A DNA stretch of 64,000 bases from a phage. Under the pieces are notes generated by a model. That model had not been told where the DNA came from. It made no database searches and saw only the letters and a program-made list of their open reading frames with translations. This document shows, one piece after another, positions 10,243 to 18,879 of the stretch (position 1 is the stretch's first letter; the number at the start of each line of letters is the position of its first letter). A program made the translations under genes and the position numbers. The stretch lies in sequence record OZ346205.1; one strand, written 5' to 3'.

Positions 10243-10611
10243 ATGGAACAAATGAACGATCAAGAGTCGGTTGCGATGAACGAGCAAGAACAACCTCAAG
10301 AATTTTTCTTAGGGTTAAGTAAAGATCAAGTGTCTCTTTTGCTAGTGCTTTCTTCTTTCATGGGAAGACTTCAGGAGCTCACACAACAACCGGAGGCTGA
10401 ACAATTATTTCAGGCTCTGCGTGAAGAAGAAAAATATCGTCGTTTGGACTATGCCTTAGGTTGGGTAGCTCAACAACGAGATATGCTGATGGCCCTCTCT
10501 GGGACCACAAGTTTTGCAATGGGCCTGTTGGCTCAAGTTCAGGACAAATTAATTCAAGCAGGGTTTGCACACACGGCAAACACTAACGAAGAACAAGGAG
10601 ACAAAGAATGA
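10243..10611 (+). CDS. hypothetical protein
   Basis: GGAGAT RBS; preceded by terminator-like hairpin at 10168-10215. Confidence 0.5.
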   Translation: MEQMNDQESVAMNEQEQPQEFFLGLSKDQVSLLLVLSSFMGRLQELTQQPEAEQLFQALREEEKYRRLDYALGWVAQQRDMLMALSGTTSFAMGLLAQVQDKLIQAGFAHTANTNEEQGDKE

Positions 10612-11822
10612 GCGTTATTCAACAATTCGCTAACCCGATGAATCCGCGTGAAACTGTTTTACTGGCTCACGGCATGATTAAACGCGTCAGCATCAAGCCT
10701 ATCAAAGGTGCTGATCCTACAACAGGTATTAAAACCACTGTGTGGCAAGGTAAGAAAATTGAATCCAGCCACACCATCTCTTTACTGATTTCTGAACTGG
10801 ATTCCTCTGATAACCTACTTCAAGGTGGTGAAGAAGTTTGGATCAGTATGGGCGATAAGCTGCTTAAACCGGGTCATCAAGACTCTGTCTCTGTTAAAAT
10901 TGATGACAAGTGGGAAACCGTAACGCCAGGATGGATCGTAAATATTCCTTTGAAGGCAAACGAGCATAACGGTAAGACCTATTACAAAGGCTCACTGGCT
11001 AAGATGGTTAAGCTGGGTGTAGGAGAGGCTCCAGCAGCGACTCAGCAGCAAAAACAGCAACAAGGTGTACAATCACAAGGCCAGAAGCAGAATGCCAATC
11101 AGGACGTTTTACGCATCTATGGCGATGTGACTCAGATTGTTGGCAACGTGGTTACTGTCAATGACCACAAGATTGGCGAAGGTGCTATGGTTGTCACCGA
11201 TGAGCAGCTTAAAGATCTGGTGGTAGGTGGTCGTGTTGCAGCCATTGTTGACAAAGACACCGGAAACATTATCAGTGGTTTCAAAGCCTACCCCCCTAAG
11301 GCAGAGAACGGCACTCAAGGCTCCGGTGGCAAGCGTAAATCCTCTTACGACCCTATCGGTGTGGAAACGGGGCATAGCATCAATGCGTTGCAGATCATCC
11401 TGGATCGCGGGTTTAAGGTAGACGACCCACTGGGCGTGGCTAAAACACTGCACGTAGTCACCATTGAGCTTAAGAAAGAGTATGCTCAGGCCACCAACCG
11501 AACTGAAGATGAAGTAGGTGCCAGTGTCGGTAATGCGGTGTTGAACGCTTGTCGCCGTATTGACAAGAAAACGAAAGTTGATGATTTTGCAGCGGCAATT
11601 ACTGCAGAAGCAAAAGATGTCTTGACTAATCTGGCTGAGCCGTTGTACGATTGGATCAAGAACGGTGCTGGGTCAACTGACCATCAAGAACCTCAGGCTA
11701 CCAAACAGGAAGCAGCTCCACAGCAAAACACTGTAGACGCTCCTCCTGTAAATGATGAGGAAGATGACCCAATGGATCAGAATCCAGCACAGTACTCCTT
11801 TGATGATGACATCCCTTTTTAA
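10608..11822 (+). CDS. SSB-like protein with canonical SSB C-terminal tail
   Basis: C-terminus ...FDDDIPF matches the E. coli SSB tail; Q-rich linker; AAGGAGA RBS; OB-fold not verifiable by eye. Confidence 0.5.
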   Translation: MSVIQQFANPMNPRETVLLAHGMIKRVSIKPIKGADPTTGIKTTVWQGKKIESSHTISLLISELDSSDNLLQGGEEVWISMGDKLLKPGHQDSVSVKIDDKWETVTPGWIVNIPLKANEHNGKTYYKGSLAKMVKLGVGEAPAATQQQKQQQGVQSQGQKQNANQDVLRIYGDVTQIVGNVVTVNDHKIGEGAMVVTDEQLKDLVVGGRVAAIVDKDTGNIISGFKAYPPKAENGTQGSGGKRKSSYDPIGVETGHSINALQIILDRGFKVDDPLGVAKTLHVVTIELKKEYAQATNRTEDEVGASVGNAVLNACRRIDKKTKVDDFAAAITAEAKDVLTNLAEPLYDWIKNGAGSTDHQEPQATKQEAAPQQNTVDAPPVNDEEDDPMDQNPAQYSFDDDIPF

Positions 11823-11838
11823 CAATTAGTTAACATAG

Positions 11839-11866
11839 CCCTGCCCGAAAGGGTGGGGCATTTTTA
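11839..11866 (+). terminator. rho-independent terminator
   Basis: CCCTGCCC-GAAA-GGGTGGGG then CATTTTT; same hairpin as at 1441. Confidence 0.6.
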
Positions 11867-11884
11867 TATAAGGAGATCTGAAAA

Positions 11885-12301
11885 ATGACATTAGAAGATA
11901 TCATTGTTAAACCTGAGAACTATGACCAATACAACCTGTCAACTCAATCTGTAGACCTTGGATGCGCCACGGTCAGTGCGTGGCCGGTTAACGGAAAAGA
12001 GCTAGATAAATGCTTAGAAGCTCACATGTCTATTAACAAGTTTCTGGATGAAAATACTCACTGGCTTGAGGGTGCAGGAGTATATGCTTCATGGTTGGAG
12101 AGTATGGGATTCGACTACCAATCTGAAGAAGGGTGGTGGAGCTATTTAGCTATCTGTCCAGAGACGCTACAATGCTTCATGAAATACTCTGAAGATTTAG
12201 AGTACCGGGCGGTGGTTGATAGTGCTATTGCCCGTTATAGCCGTAAACCTTTTTCCCACGACATTAAAACTGTGGAAGAGTTTGTTGAAGTTTTCTGTTG
12301 A
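11885..12301 (+). CDS. hypothetical protein
   Basis: AAGGAGA RBS. Confidence 0.55.
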   Translation: MTLEDIIVKPENYDQYNLSTQSVDLGCATVSAWPVNGKELDKCLEAHMSINKFLDENTHWLEGAGVYASWLESMGFDYQSEEGWWSYLAICPETLQCFMKYSEDLEYRAVVDSAIARYSRKPFSHDIKTVEEFVEVFC

Positions 12302-12397
12302 CACAGGTTGAAAGGTGTGCAATTATAACTTCATATGACTGGAGGACGTGATGAACGAAGAAAACTGGGATGTATAACTAACAGGAGGCCACTGCCC

Positions 12398-12595
12398 ATG
12401 ATTTATCGAATCCGTGTAAGAGAAGATGCACCAGGCTGTTACTTTGACTGGCGTGGGTGGTGGTTTCTCCACCCAATGGATGGACTCACAGATAGAATGC
12501 TGGATGCTGCCCTTTATACAGATACCGACATAGAGTATAATCTCTATCTGAAGGACGGTATAGATAACGGCCTGTTTGAAGCAATTCCTGTGTAA
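12398..12595 (+). CDS. hypothetical protein
   Basis: ORF 12335..12595; start moved to ATG 12398 after AGGAGG. Confidence 0.45.
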   Translation: MIYRIRVREDAPGCYFDWRGWWFLHPMDGLTDRMLDAALYTDTDIEYNLYLKDGIDNGLFEAIPV

Positions 12596-12663
12596 GAGAC
12601 TGTGATAGCTATGTTTTATGATCTTCCTGTAGCGCCACCACCTGTTGAACCCGGAGAACTAAG

Positions 12664-13089
12664 ATGATCTATGAAATGCCAAAACTGATTCGTGACGATG
12701 CCCAAAACGCTCACACCATTATTATGGGCAAACGCATGGATATTATTTGTCATAAAGATTTCTGGGAAGGAAGTTACTTCACAGAGTATTTTGGTAAACT
12801 GGATAATGGTCTGCTGATCCAGTTCTACACCGATGCGGAAAACAACATTCCCTGGGAGTTCGAAACTGAAGATATTCATAAACTTTTCACCTTCCTCGAT
12901 ATTAAGGTTAAGGCCAAGTTTGAAGAGGGTGAGTGCGACGATTGTGGATTTTATGAGGTAACAGATTTCTATCTTCCAAGTGGTAAGAACCTTTACTATG
13001 AAAGCCACTTCGGTAACTCAAATATGCCACAGTGCTGGACTGAGTTTTTTGAAATTGTGGAAGAGGAGCTGGCATATCGTGATTATTGA
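12664..13089 (+). CDS. hypothetical protein
   Basis: GGAGA RBS. Confidence 0.5.
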   Translation: MIYEMPKLIRDDAQNAHTIIMGKRMDIICHKDFWEGSYFTEYFGKLDNGLLIQFYTDAENNIPWEFETEDIHKLFTFLDIKVKAKFEEGECDDCGFYEVTDFYLPSGKNLYYESHFGNSNMPQCWTEFFEIVEEELAYRDY

Positions 13090-13537
13090 TACTGTAGAGG
13101 GAGATTTAATCTCCCTTTTTAAGAGCGGTGCTGGTCACCTGATCCACGGTTGTAACTGCTTCCACACAATGGGTAAGGGTGTAGCAAAACAGATTGCCCG
13201 TGAGTTCCCTCAAGCATTGGAAGCTGATAAAATGACTATGCACGGTTGCCTAAGTAAACTGGGCGCGTTCTCCCGCTGGGAGCACTTATCTCCGAGAGGT
13301 ATTGTCTACGGAATAAATCTGTATACTCAGTTCTACCCAGGGCCTAATGCTGAATATTTCTCAATACTGAAAGGCTTTGAGCGAGTCAATGAAGTATTTG
13401 AGGGGTCGATTTTACCATTCTACATCCCTAAGATCGGGTGCGGCATAGGTGGTTTGAAGTGGGAACATGTAGAGGACATTATTAACCTTGCCACTTTTGA
13501 TATAGATATTATCGTGGTGGAGTACAAAGAGTGTTGA
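13079..13537 (+). CDS. macro-domain protein (ADP-ribose / Appr-1''-p processing family)
   Basis: IIDTVEGDLISL...HLIHGCNCFHTMGKGVAKQI resembles macro-domain N-terminus (GDIT...NAAN..GGGV..AI); GTG start after GAGGAG. Confidence 0.5.
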   Translation: MIIDTVEGDLISLFKSGAGHLIHGCNCFHTMGKGVAKQIAREFPQALEADKMTMHGCLSKLGAFSRWEHLSPRGIVYGINLYTQFYPGPNAEYFSILKGFERVNEVFEGSILPFYIPKIGCGIGGLKWEHVEDIINLATFDIDIIVVEYKEC

Positions 13538-13591
13538 CAGCTATATTTTAAGATGGTATAGTCGCCACAACGATTAAGACAGAGGAGCACT

Positions 13592-13786
13592 ATGGAGACT
13601 AAAATCTTAATTCTAGCTGTGATAGATACAACAGAAGGAGCCATGTTTGAATCTGCAGGAGGGTATTTCTACCTGCCCTATGGAAAAAGAACTTCCGAGC
13701 CGAGTAAAGATTCAATCCTTAAAGTGTTCCCGTGTGCTTTCTGGCTGGAGATCTTGGTAGAAGATTGCAGAGGACTAGGGAGATAA
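13592..13786 (+). CDS. hypothetical protein
   Basis: GAGGAG RBS; promoter TTGACA-N17-TATAGT at 13537-13565. Confidence 0.5.
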   Translation: METKILILAVIDTTEGAMFESAGGYFYLPYGKRTSEPSKDSILKVFPCAFWLEILVEDCRGLGR

Positions 13787-13788
13787 TT

Positions 13789-13983
13789 ATGAGAAACAAG
13801 AAAGAGCTTTACTCTGGTGAGTGGATAAACGATCAACAGGTAGGAGAGGTAACCTGCTTCCGGTGCTTTACTAGGTACAATCTTAAAACTGCACCAAAAA
13901 GTGTTCCAAAGACTGACGGTTATTACATAAAAGAACCTCATTGCCCAAAATGCAAATGCCGATTATACTGGAGTAACCTGTAA
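13789..13983 (+). CDS. zinc-ribbon protein
   Basis: ATG 13789 after GGGAGA; CFRC ... CPKCKC cysteine pairs. Confidence 0.5.
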   Translation: MRNKKELYSGEWINDQQVGEVTCFRCFTRYNLKTAPKSVPKTDGYYIKEPHCPKCKCRLYWSNL

Positions 13984-13987
13984 AAGA

Positions 13988-14015
13988 TTGACATCTGAAA
14001 ACTGCGGTGTATAAT
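13988..14015 (+). promoter_or_regulatory. sigma70-like promoter
   Basis: TTGACA - 16 nt - TATAAT. Confidence 0.55.
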
Positions 14016-14046
14016 ATAAACATAAACTAGCAGAGAGTGATATATT

Positions 14047-14238
14047 ATGGTAATTTTTAATCGAGACGGTATCATAGTTAGACAGCACCCATTCCTTGAA
14101 TACTATCAAATTGAGCAATGGTGCTACGGGGATTGCAGTCACTCCTATGGGCAAAGTTGGGGATATCGCACAGTTTTTGAATCAACAGATCTTGATAAGG
14201 TAAGACAGAAAGTTTTAGAACTTATTAACAACAAGTGA
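14047..14238 (+). CDS. hypothetical protein
   Basis: ORF with GAGAGTGA upstream. Confidence 0.45.
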   Translation: MVIFNRDGIIVRQHPFLEYYQIEQWCYGDCSHSYGQSWGYRTVFESTDLDKVRQKVLELINNK

Positions 14239-14245
14239 GTATGAT

Positions 14246-14581
14246 ATGGTAACATTAGAAAGACGTAAAGCTATCGCCGCCACACTGGCAGACATCTTTT
14301 GGGAGTGCAATTTAAAAGATACCCGATATTGTGGCGCATCTGTAGATGCATTATTCCCACGGCCCACTATTGTTGCAATGGGAAACCTGTCAAACGTGGT
14401 GTATGGAGCATGGGACAAAGAAGGTGGATTTTATATCTGGCAACCTGACTACGGGACCTGGAAAGAGGTAAGGGGTGCGGATGACTTTGGGCCTGCAGTT
14501 GCCAAAACGATGGATGGCTGGAAAATCTATGTCGGTAACGACATGAAGCTGAAAGGCGAGATTGTTTACTGGTTACCTTAA
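14246..14581 (+). CDS. hypothetical protein
   Basis: ORF track; weak RBS. Confidence 0.45.
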   Translation: MVTLERRKAIAATLADIFWECNLKDTRYCGASVDALFPRPTIVAMGNLSNVVYGAWDKEGGFYIWQPDYGTWKEVRGADDFGPAVAKTMDGWKIYVGNDMKLKGEIVYWLP

Positions 14582-14602
14582 TAAAACGCAGGAGATAAAG
14601 TT

Positions 14603-14848
14603 ATGAACAAAGGGTGGACATTTGTAGACGGCGTTAAAAACATGCCTCTAGGAAAGTATATTGTAGCCATGGCAGATGAGAATGGCAAGGTGGATTTCGG
14701 AGTTTGCGAGGTTGTTCTTGCAGGATCTGGTGACTATGCTCACAAAACTGGGATAATTAACGGTCATTTCTACTTTGATTACAACCCTGTTGTGGCGTAT
14801 ATGGCTATGCCAGAGTTCGAGCTCCCAAAGGAGGGTGCGGATGTTTAA
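14603..14848 (+). CDS. hypothetical protein
   Basis: AGGAGA RBS. Confidence 0.5.
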   Translation: MNKGWTFVDGVKNMPLGKYIVAMADENGKVDFGVCEVVLAGSGDYAHKTGIINGHFYFDYNPVVAYMAMPEFELPKEGADV

Positions 14849-15038
14849 GCTTAAATCTGCATGGAACATCGCTGTGGGGGACGAGATCCGCATCCCAGGT
14901 GGAAAGACCATTATGAAGATATCTCGTATCGAGTACGAAGGTGATCGTGTATTTCATATCTTTGCAGAAGATGGTCGAGAAATTTATATACAGGCAGGCT
15001 CTCACATCTATATTCGTAAGAAAGGGGACGACAAATGA
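14841..15038 (+). CDS. hypothetical protein
   Basis: ORF 14775..15038; ATG 14841 after AAGGAGGG. Confidence 0.5.
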   Translation: MFKLKSAWNIAVGDEIRIPGGKTIMKISRIEYEGDRVFHIFAEDGREIYIQAGSHIYIRKKGDDK

Positions 15039-15364
15039 CAGAGATCATCATTTCAACTGCAGGGTATGTGTTCCTGACAATCATTGCACTGACCATTCTG
15101 GTGGTGGTATATGGAATTGTTATTCTCCCTATTCTTGAGACAATTAGTTTGTGTCGGTGTTGGAGAAAGGCTTACGGTCCACAGCCGTGGAAGGACTGGC
15201 CCCACCTGGTGCACATAGCGTTCTCTTATGCTTATGATCACGCCAGCAGTGCATGCATAACCGGGTATCACGCCCACAACTGGAGCTGGGAAGGGTTGAG
15301 GAAATGGAATGTTACAAAGACCATACCTCTGCGCATGTACAAACCTAAAAACAAAGACAGCTGA
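15035..15364 (+). CDS. membrane protein
   Basis: AAAGGGGA RBS; N-terminal hydrophobic helix. Confidence 0.55.
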   Translation: MTEIIISTAGYVFLTIIALTILVVVYGIVILPILETISLCRCWRKAYGPQPWKDWPHLVHIAFSYAYDHASSACITGYHAHNWSWEGLRKWNVTKTIPLRMYKPKNKDS

Positions 15365-15395
15365 TACTTGAAAATCCCTGGCATATCAAGTGTAA

Positions 15396-15433
15396 GGAGG
15401 ATTTCTAAAATGGATTTCCTCCTTTTGATATTT
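15396..15433 (+). terminator. rho-independent terminator
   Basis: GGAGGA ... TCCTCC stem followed by TTTTGATATTT. Confidence 0.5.
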
Positions 15434-15677
15434 CACCGGGCCAGATATTTTAAAATTCTTAGAAAATCAGAAAATGGATCGAAAACTAAAATGGATTTTT
15501 CAAGACAGGCACGATAAGATGTGCTGCTCATTCTATCGTTCGCACCGTACTTTAAGTCACTATTCCAGATTTTTCCGCACATACTCTCACCCTTCTACCA
15601 GAACTTTCCCAGCTTACCTCTGACCTTTTATAACAATAAGTCCATTATTATCAGAAAGTTTCGGCACATCTCTTTCG

Positions 15678-15872
15678 GTACTCGATCTGTTTTTCATTTC
15701 AAAGACCTGATTTTCTGAAAATTTTTCTCGATAAATTTCTTAGTACTCGATCTGTTTTTCATTTCAAAGACCTGATTTTCTGAAAATTTTTCTCGATAAA
15801 TTTCTTAGTACTCGATCTGTTTTTCGTTTTCTGAATCGGATTTTCTGGAAATCGTTCCAGCTCTCGACCTGA
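15678..15872. repeat. tandem direct repeat, 65-bp unit x3 (third copy divergent)
   Basis: GTACTCGATCTGTTTTTCATTTCAAAGACCTGATTTTCTGAAAATTTTTCTCGATAAATTTCTTA repeated at 15678, 15743, 15808. Confidence 0.8.
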
Positions 15873-16030
15873 AATTTTTGGGGACGAAATCGATTTTTCG
15901 TTTTCAGAAATGGATTTTTAAAATTTCTATATGGGAATATTTTATGGGATACTGTTTTATAGGAAATTGTTACGGAGGGTAATTAGCATGCTAATTAAAT
16001 TTATTAAATGCGAGGAGTTCTCATTTAGAA

Positions 16031-16260
16031 TTTTGAATGATAATCATTCTCGTTTGCAGAATAACGGGCAGGCCCGGTGATTGTCTCCCGGCCCCTACTG
16101 CCCCGGCTTGTTATTATAGTATCACACAGGACAAAGAAAGCAAGGATTTTTTGCATAAATTTTTAAATGATAATGATAACCGTTCTCATTTTATGCAGCG
16201 CCCATCCCCGGTGGTTGTCTCCCCCGTCACCGGTGCCTGCCGTCCTTTCGATAGGTATAT
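16031..16260. repeat. twin GC-rich hairpin elements with conserved loop
   Basis: Two copies (about 16031-16110 and 16160-16260) share AATGATAAT ... GCAG ... CCGGTG(A/G)TTGTCTCCC ... CTGCC, each a long GC stem. Confidence 0.5.
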
Positions 16261-16446
16261 CGTGCCACCTGGCGGGGCCGCTGTCAACACTTTTCAAAAA
16301 ATTTTTCTAACCTGATGCGCTAACCGCTGCAACCTGGCGGGGTCAGCCTGGCAGGACCTAACTGACCGGGTAGGAGAGAATGAAGGCTTGTAAACCTGGT
16401 GGGCCTATGCTACAGGATAGGTAACAATTGAAGAGGAGGTACAAAA

Positions 16447-16614
16447 ATGAAAGGTAATATGATCCCCCTAGAAAATGTAGCTATTAATGACGCTGAGGCT
16501 ATCGCCCTGGTTGAAAAGGCTATGGCGGGAGCGTTGGAACATAAAGAAGAGTACGAAAAATGGTGGTTAACCTGGCGGGGGCGGCAGGTGGATTCTATCA
16601 TAAAAATAATTTAA
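16447..16614 (+). CDS. small protein (55 aa)
   Basis: Below the 60-aa track cut-off; GAGGAGG 7 nt before ATG. Confidence 0.45.
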   Translation: MKGNMIPLENVAINDAEAIALVEKAMAGALEHKEEYEKWWLTWRGRQVDSIIKII

Positions 16615-16700
16615 AATAGTCGTTGACAACAAGGTTAATCATGGTATTATTACCCTACAAGGTGAACAACACCGCACTAACCAGTAAAGAGGATAAATTT

Positions 16701-16898
16701 ATGAACGCATACGGGATCAAAGTACGTCGCAACACTCGCCAGGTGGTCACCAATCAAGTGATTTGCCGGGTGGATGTAACCATCAACAACGGGCAAGGCC
16801 TTTATAAATTTCGTCGCGGTCATAGCTATACCCTGCAACAGCTTAATCGTTGCGCCCTGACAAAAGGTCAGATCAACCATTGGTTTAATAAAAAATAA
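16701..16898 (+). CDS. hypothetical protein
   Basis: ORF 16623..16898; ATG 16701 after AAAGAGGA; upstream promoter TTGACA/TATTAT. Confidence 0.5.
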   Translation: MNAYGIKVRRNTRQVVTNQVICRVDVTINNGQGLYKFRRGHSYTLQQLNRCALTKGQINHWFNKK

Positions 16899-16962
16899 GT
16901 ATTGACATACAGTCCGACACCAAATACACTAAAAGCACAAAAGACACTAAGAGGATAAAATC

Positions 16963-17361
16963 ATGAAAACCACTACCTTTAATTTTGATAATGCAGACTT
17001 TTCTTTTTCTGATGTCAAGAACTGCCGCCGTGATCGTGGATTTTACAAGGCTTATAATCTGGTGGGCCTGGACGATGACAATAATTTGCACGAAGTAGCT
17101 GAGATCCGGTATTATGCCGCCGCCAGCGGTAACACTAACTACTGCGTTTTTTGGATACACGACAACAAGAACAATAAGTACGGTTATACTGGTGGCAAGG
17201 CGAGCGGTCACGGTTACGATAAAGCTAATGCAGCACTTGAGAGCGCATTAAATGCTATGGGGATCACTGCCAACGGCTGGATCTATGAAGAAGAGTTTTT
17301 GTCGGCACTTGCTGACCACCTGGGCTATAAAAAGCACATTGTAACATGCGCCCACGAATAA
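16963..17361 (+). CDS. hypothetical protein
   Basis: AAGAGGA RBS; promoter TTGACA-N17-TACACT upstream. Confidence 0.55.
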   Translation: MKTTTFNFDNADFSFSDVKNCRRDRGFYKAYNLVGLDDDNNLHEVAEIRYYAAASGNTNYCVFWIHDNKNNKYGYTGGKASGHGYDKANAALESALNAMGITANGWIYEEEFLSALADHLGYKKHIVTCAHE

Positions 17362-17367
17362 AAATTG

Positions 17368-17395
17368 TTGACACGCTGCAAAATTCAAGTAAACT
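17368..17395 (+). promoter_or_regulatory. sigma70-like promoter
   Basis: TTGACA - 16 nt - TAAACT. Confidence 0.5.
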
Positions 17396-17405
17396 AGTCA
17401 CAAAA

Positions 17406-17424
17406 GGCGGGAATGTTTCCCGCC
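17406..17424 (+). promoter_or_regulatory. 5' leader hairpin (conserved leader architecture)
   Basis: GGCGGGAA-TGT-TTCCCGCC just after predicted TSS, then AACACAAAGGAAAAAGATC-ATG. Confidence 0.45.
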
Positions 17425-17443
17425 AACACAAAGGAAAAAGATC

Positions 17444-17848
17444 ATGAATAAGAACGTACGCCGCATCATGAACGAACTGGCAAACGATGAAAAAATTATT
17501 GACATGCATTTGATCAACATTTGCCGCCGTTGTGTAACATACAACAACCGCGCCGCAAAAGCGCGTGAGATGAACGCAAAAGGCACCTTAAAGCCATTCC
17601 AGGTGGTGGTAAAGGCCATTAAAGATGTAACTAATACGGCAAACCAGGTACAGGGGAACACCAACGAGAGTACCAATATTGATCCGGCTTACATCATGAA
17701 ACGGATCCGGACCTGCAAGAACAAAGAGCAAGTGTATAATGTCATAGACTGGTTGGATTCTATGGGCGATGTGGTGTACAATAGATTCTCGGCAGCTATT
17801 GAGATCCAGCTTGACAGGTTAGACGGTAAAGTACTTAAAACTTACTAA
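17444..17848 (+). CDS. hypothetical protein
   Basis: AAAGGA RBS. Confidence 0.55.
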   Translation: MNKNVRRIMNELANDEKIIDMHLINICRRCVTYNNRAAKAREMNAKGTLKPFQVVVKAIKDVTNTANQVQGNTNESTNIDPAYIMKRIRTCKNKEQVYNVIDWLDSMGDVVYNRFSAAIEIQLDRLDGKVLKTY

Positions 17849-17859
17849 ATTTATTTTTA

Positions 17860-17883
17860 GATGGCCTTGACTCCAGGGCCATC
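17860..17883. repeat. palindromic element GATGGCC-N10-GGCCATC (copy 1)
   Basis: Directly after stop codon; loop holds TTGACT; followed by AATAAAGTAAAT. Confidence 0.6.
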
Positions 17884-17928
17884 AATAAAGTAAATTAATC
17901 TCAGCTAAGCGAAAAAGGGGGCTTTAAG

Positions 17929-18048
17929 ATGAGCACTACACGCCAATACACAAAGGTAACTATTATCGCCTGCGTTGTCGGTTACATCCTGGCGCAAATG
18001 TTAATGAGTAGCGCTAACAGTTTTGCAAAATTTTTCTTAAATTTTTAA
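17929..18048 (+). CDS. small hydrophobic protein (39 aa)
   Basis: AAAAGGGGG RBS 7 nt before ATG; predicted single TM segment. Confidence 0.4.
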   Translation: MSTTRQYTKVTIIACVVGYILAQMLMSSANSFAKFFLNF

Positions 18049-18076
18049 TTGACAAGCTAACTTAGATTGATATACT
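18049..18076 (+). promoter_or_regulatory. sigma70-like promoter
   Basis: TTGACA - 16 nt - TATACT. Confidence 0.55.
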
Positions 18077-18127
18077 TAAACACGTAAACGGGAAAACTTC
18101 CCAGAACACACAAAAGGAGAAAACACC

Positions 18128-18469
18128 ATGACTACTATGGCCGCCGCAGAAAAAGCTATTCAGATCGCCGCACTGAAAAAACAGATCGCAGACCTTGAGA
18201 ACAAGATCGATAACTTTGAAATCGACGAGGACAAGTACGACGAAAACTATGATGAATGGTTAGACGAGATCTACGGCGAAATTATGATCGGAAACATTTC
18301 TTTTCTTCCGTCGCGTATCCTCAAGGAGCTAGATCCTATCGCTTACCGCTGCGGATTTAGCGACTACATCGACAGCCTGGATATTGAGGACGATGAAGAA
18401 TACCAGGAATTACAGACAGAGTTAGAAGAAGCAAAAGAAGAGCTTGCAGAACTGGAAGAAAACGAGTAA
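18128..18469 (+). CDS. hypothetical acidic protein
   Basis: AAAGGAGA RBS; leader hairpin GGGAA-AAC-TTCCC at 18090. Confidence 0.55.
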   Translation: MTTMAAAEKAIQIAALKKQIADLENKIDNFEIDEDKYDENYDEWLDEIYGEIMIGNISFLPSRILKELDPIAYRCGFSDYIDSLDIEDDEEYQELQTELEEAKEELAELEENE

Positions 18470-18480
18470 GATTATTTTTA

Positions 18481-18504
18481 GATGGCCTTGACTCCAGGGC
18501 CATC
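18481..18504. repeat. palindromic element GATGGCC-N10-GGCCATC (copy 2)
   Basis: Same sequence as copy 1, directly after stop of 18128..18469. Confidence 0.6.
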
Positions 18505-18558
18505 AATAAAGTAAACTTTATACTGTTAACACTGAACTAATGCATAGGAGTTAAAACC

Positions 18559-18804
18559 ATGGCAGCACTAATCACCAAATATTATGCCCCTACCAACACC
18601 AAAAGCGCCCGTATCATGGTAAAAGGCTTCGGACGTAAAAAGGTGTACACCTGGGATTATGCCTTAGACACGGAAGACAACTACACCAACGCGATGACCG
18701 ATTTTATTAATGATCTGAACACGCGGATCTTGACAAATTATAAAATTACCGATATTGCCTATATAGGGGAAGGCGGGATCTGTTTTGTCGGTATCGTCAA
18801 ATAA
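18559..18804 (+). CDS. hypothetical protein
   Basis: TAGGAG RBS. Confidence 0.5.
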   Translation: MAALITKYYAPTNTKSARIMVKGFGRKKVYTWDYALDTEDNYTNAMTDFINDLNTRILTNYKITDIAYIGEGGICFVGIVK

Positions 18805-18879
18805 GCTGTTTTTTCGGTGGTCCTGGTAGCAGGGCCATCTATAAAGATAGTTTATCAATACAATGAAAGGAGAAAGTAC

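Noticed and set aside
15395-15432. ATG at 15410 preceded by perfect AAGGAGG
   Set aside because: RBS and ATG sit inside a GGAGGA/TCCTCC stem followed by a T-tract; better explained as the terminator of the upstream gene
15521-15718. 65-aa + strand ORF (GTG start) in the repeat island
   Set aside because: Low-complexity F/S/L-rich product reading through the tandem repeat region; no RBS
15678-15872. Tandem repeat considered as a CRISPR array
   Set aside because: Whole 65-bp units repeat with no unique spacers, only three copies, A/T-rich, and no cas genes nearby
16037-16315. 92-aa + strand ORF across the twin GC hairpins
   Set aside because: Spans two palindromic GC-rich elements; Pro/Gly/Ala-rich product typical of GC-rich non-coding sequence; no RBS
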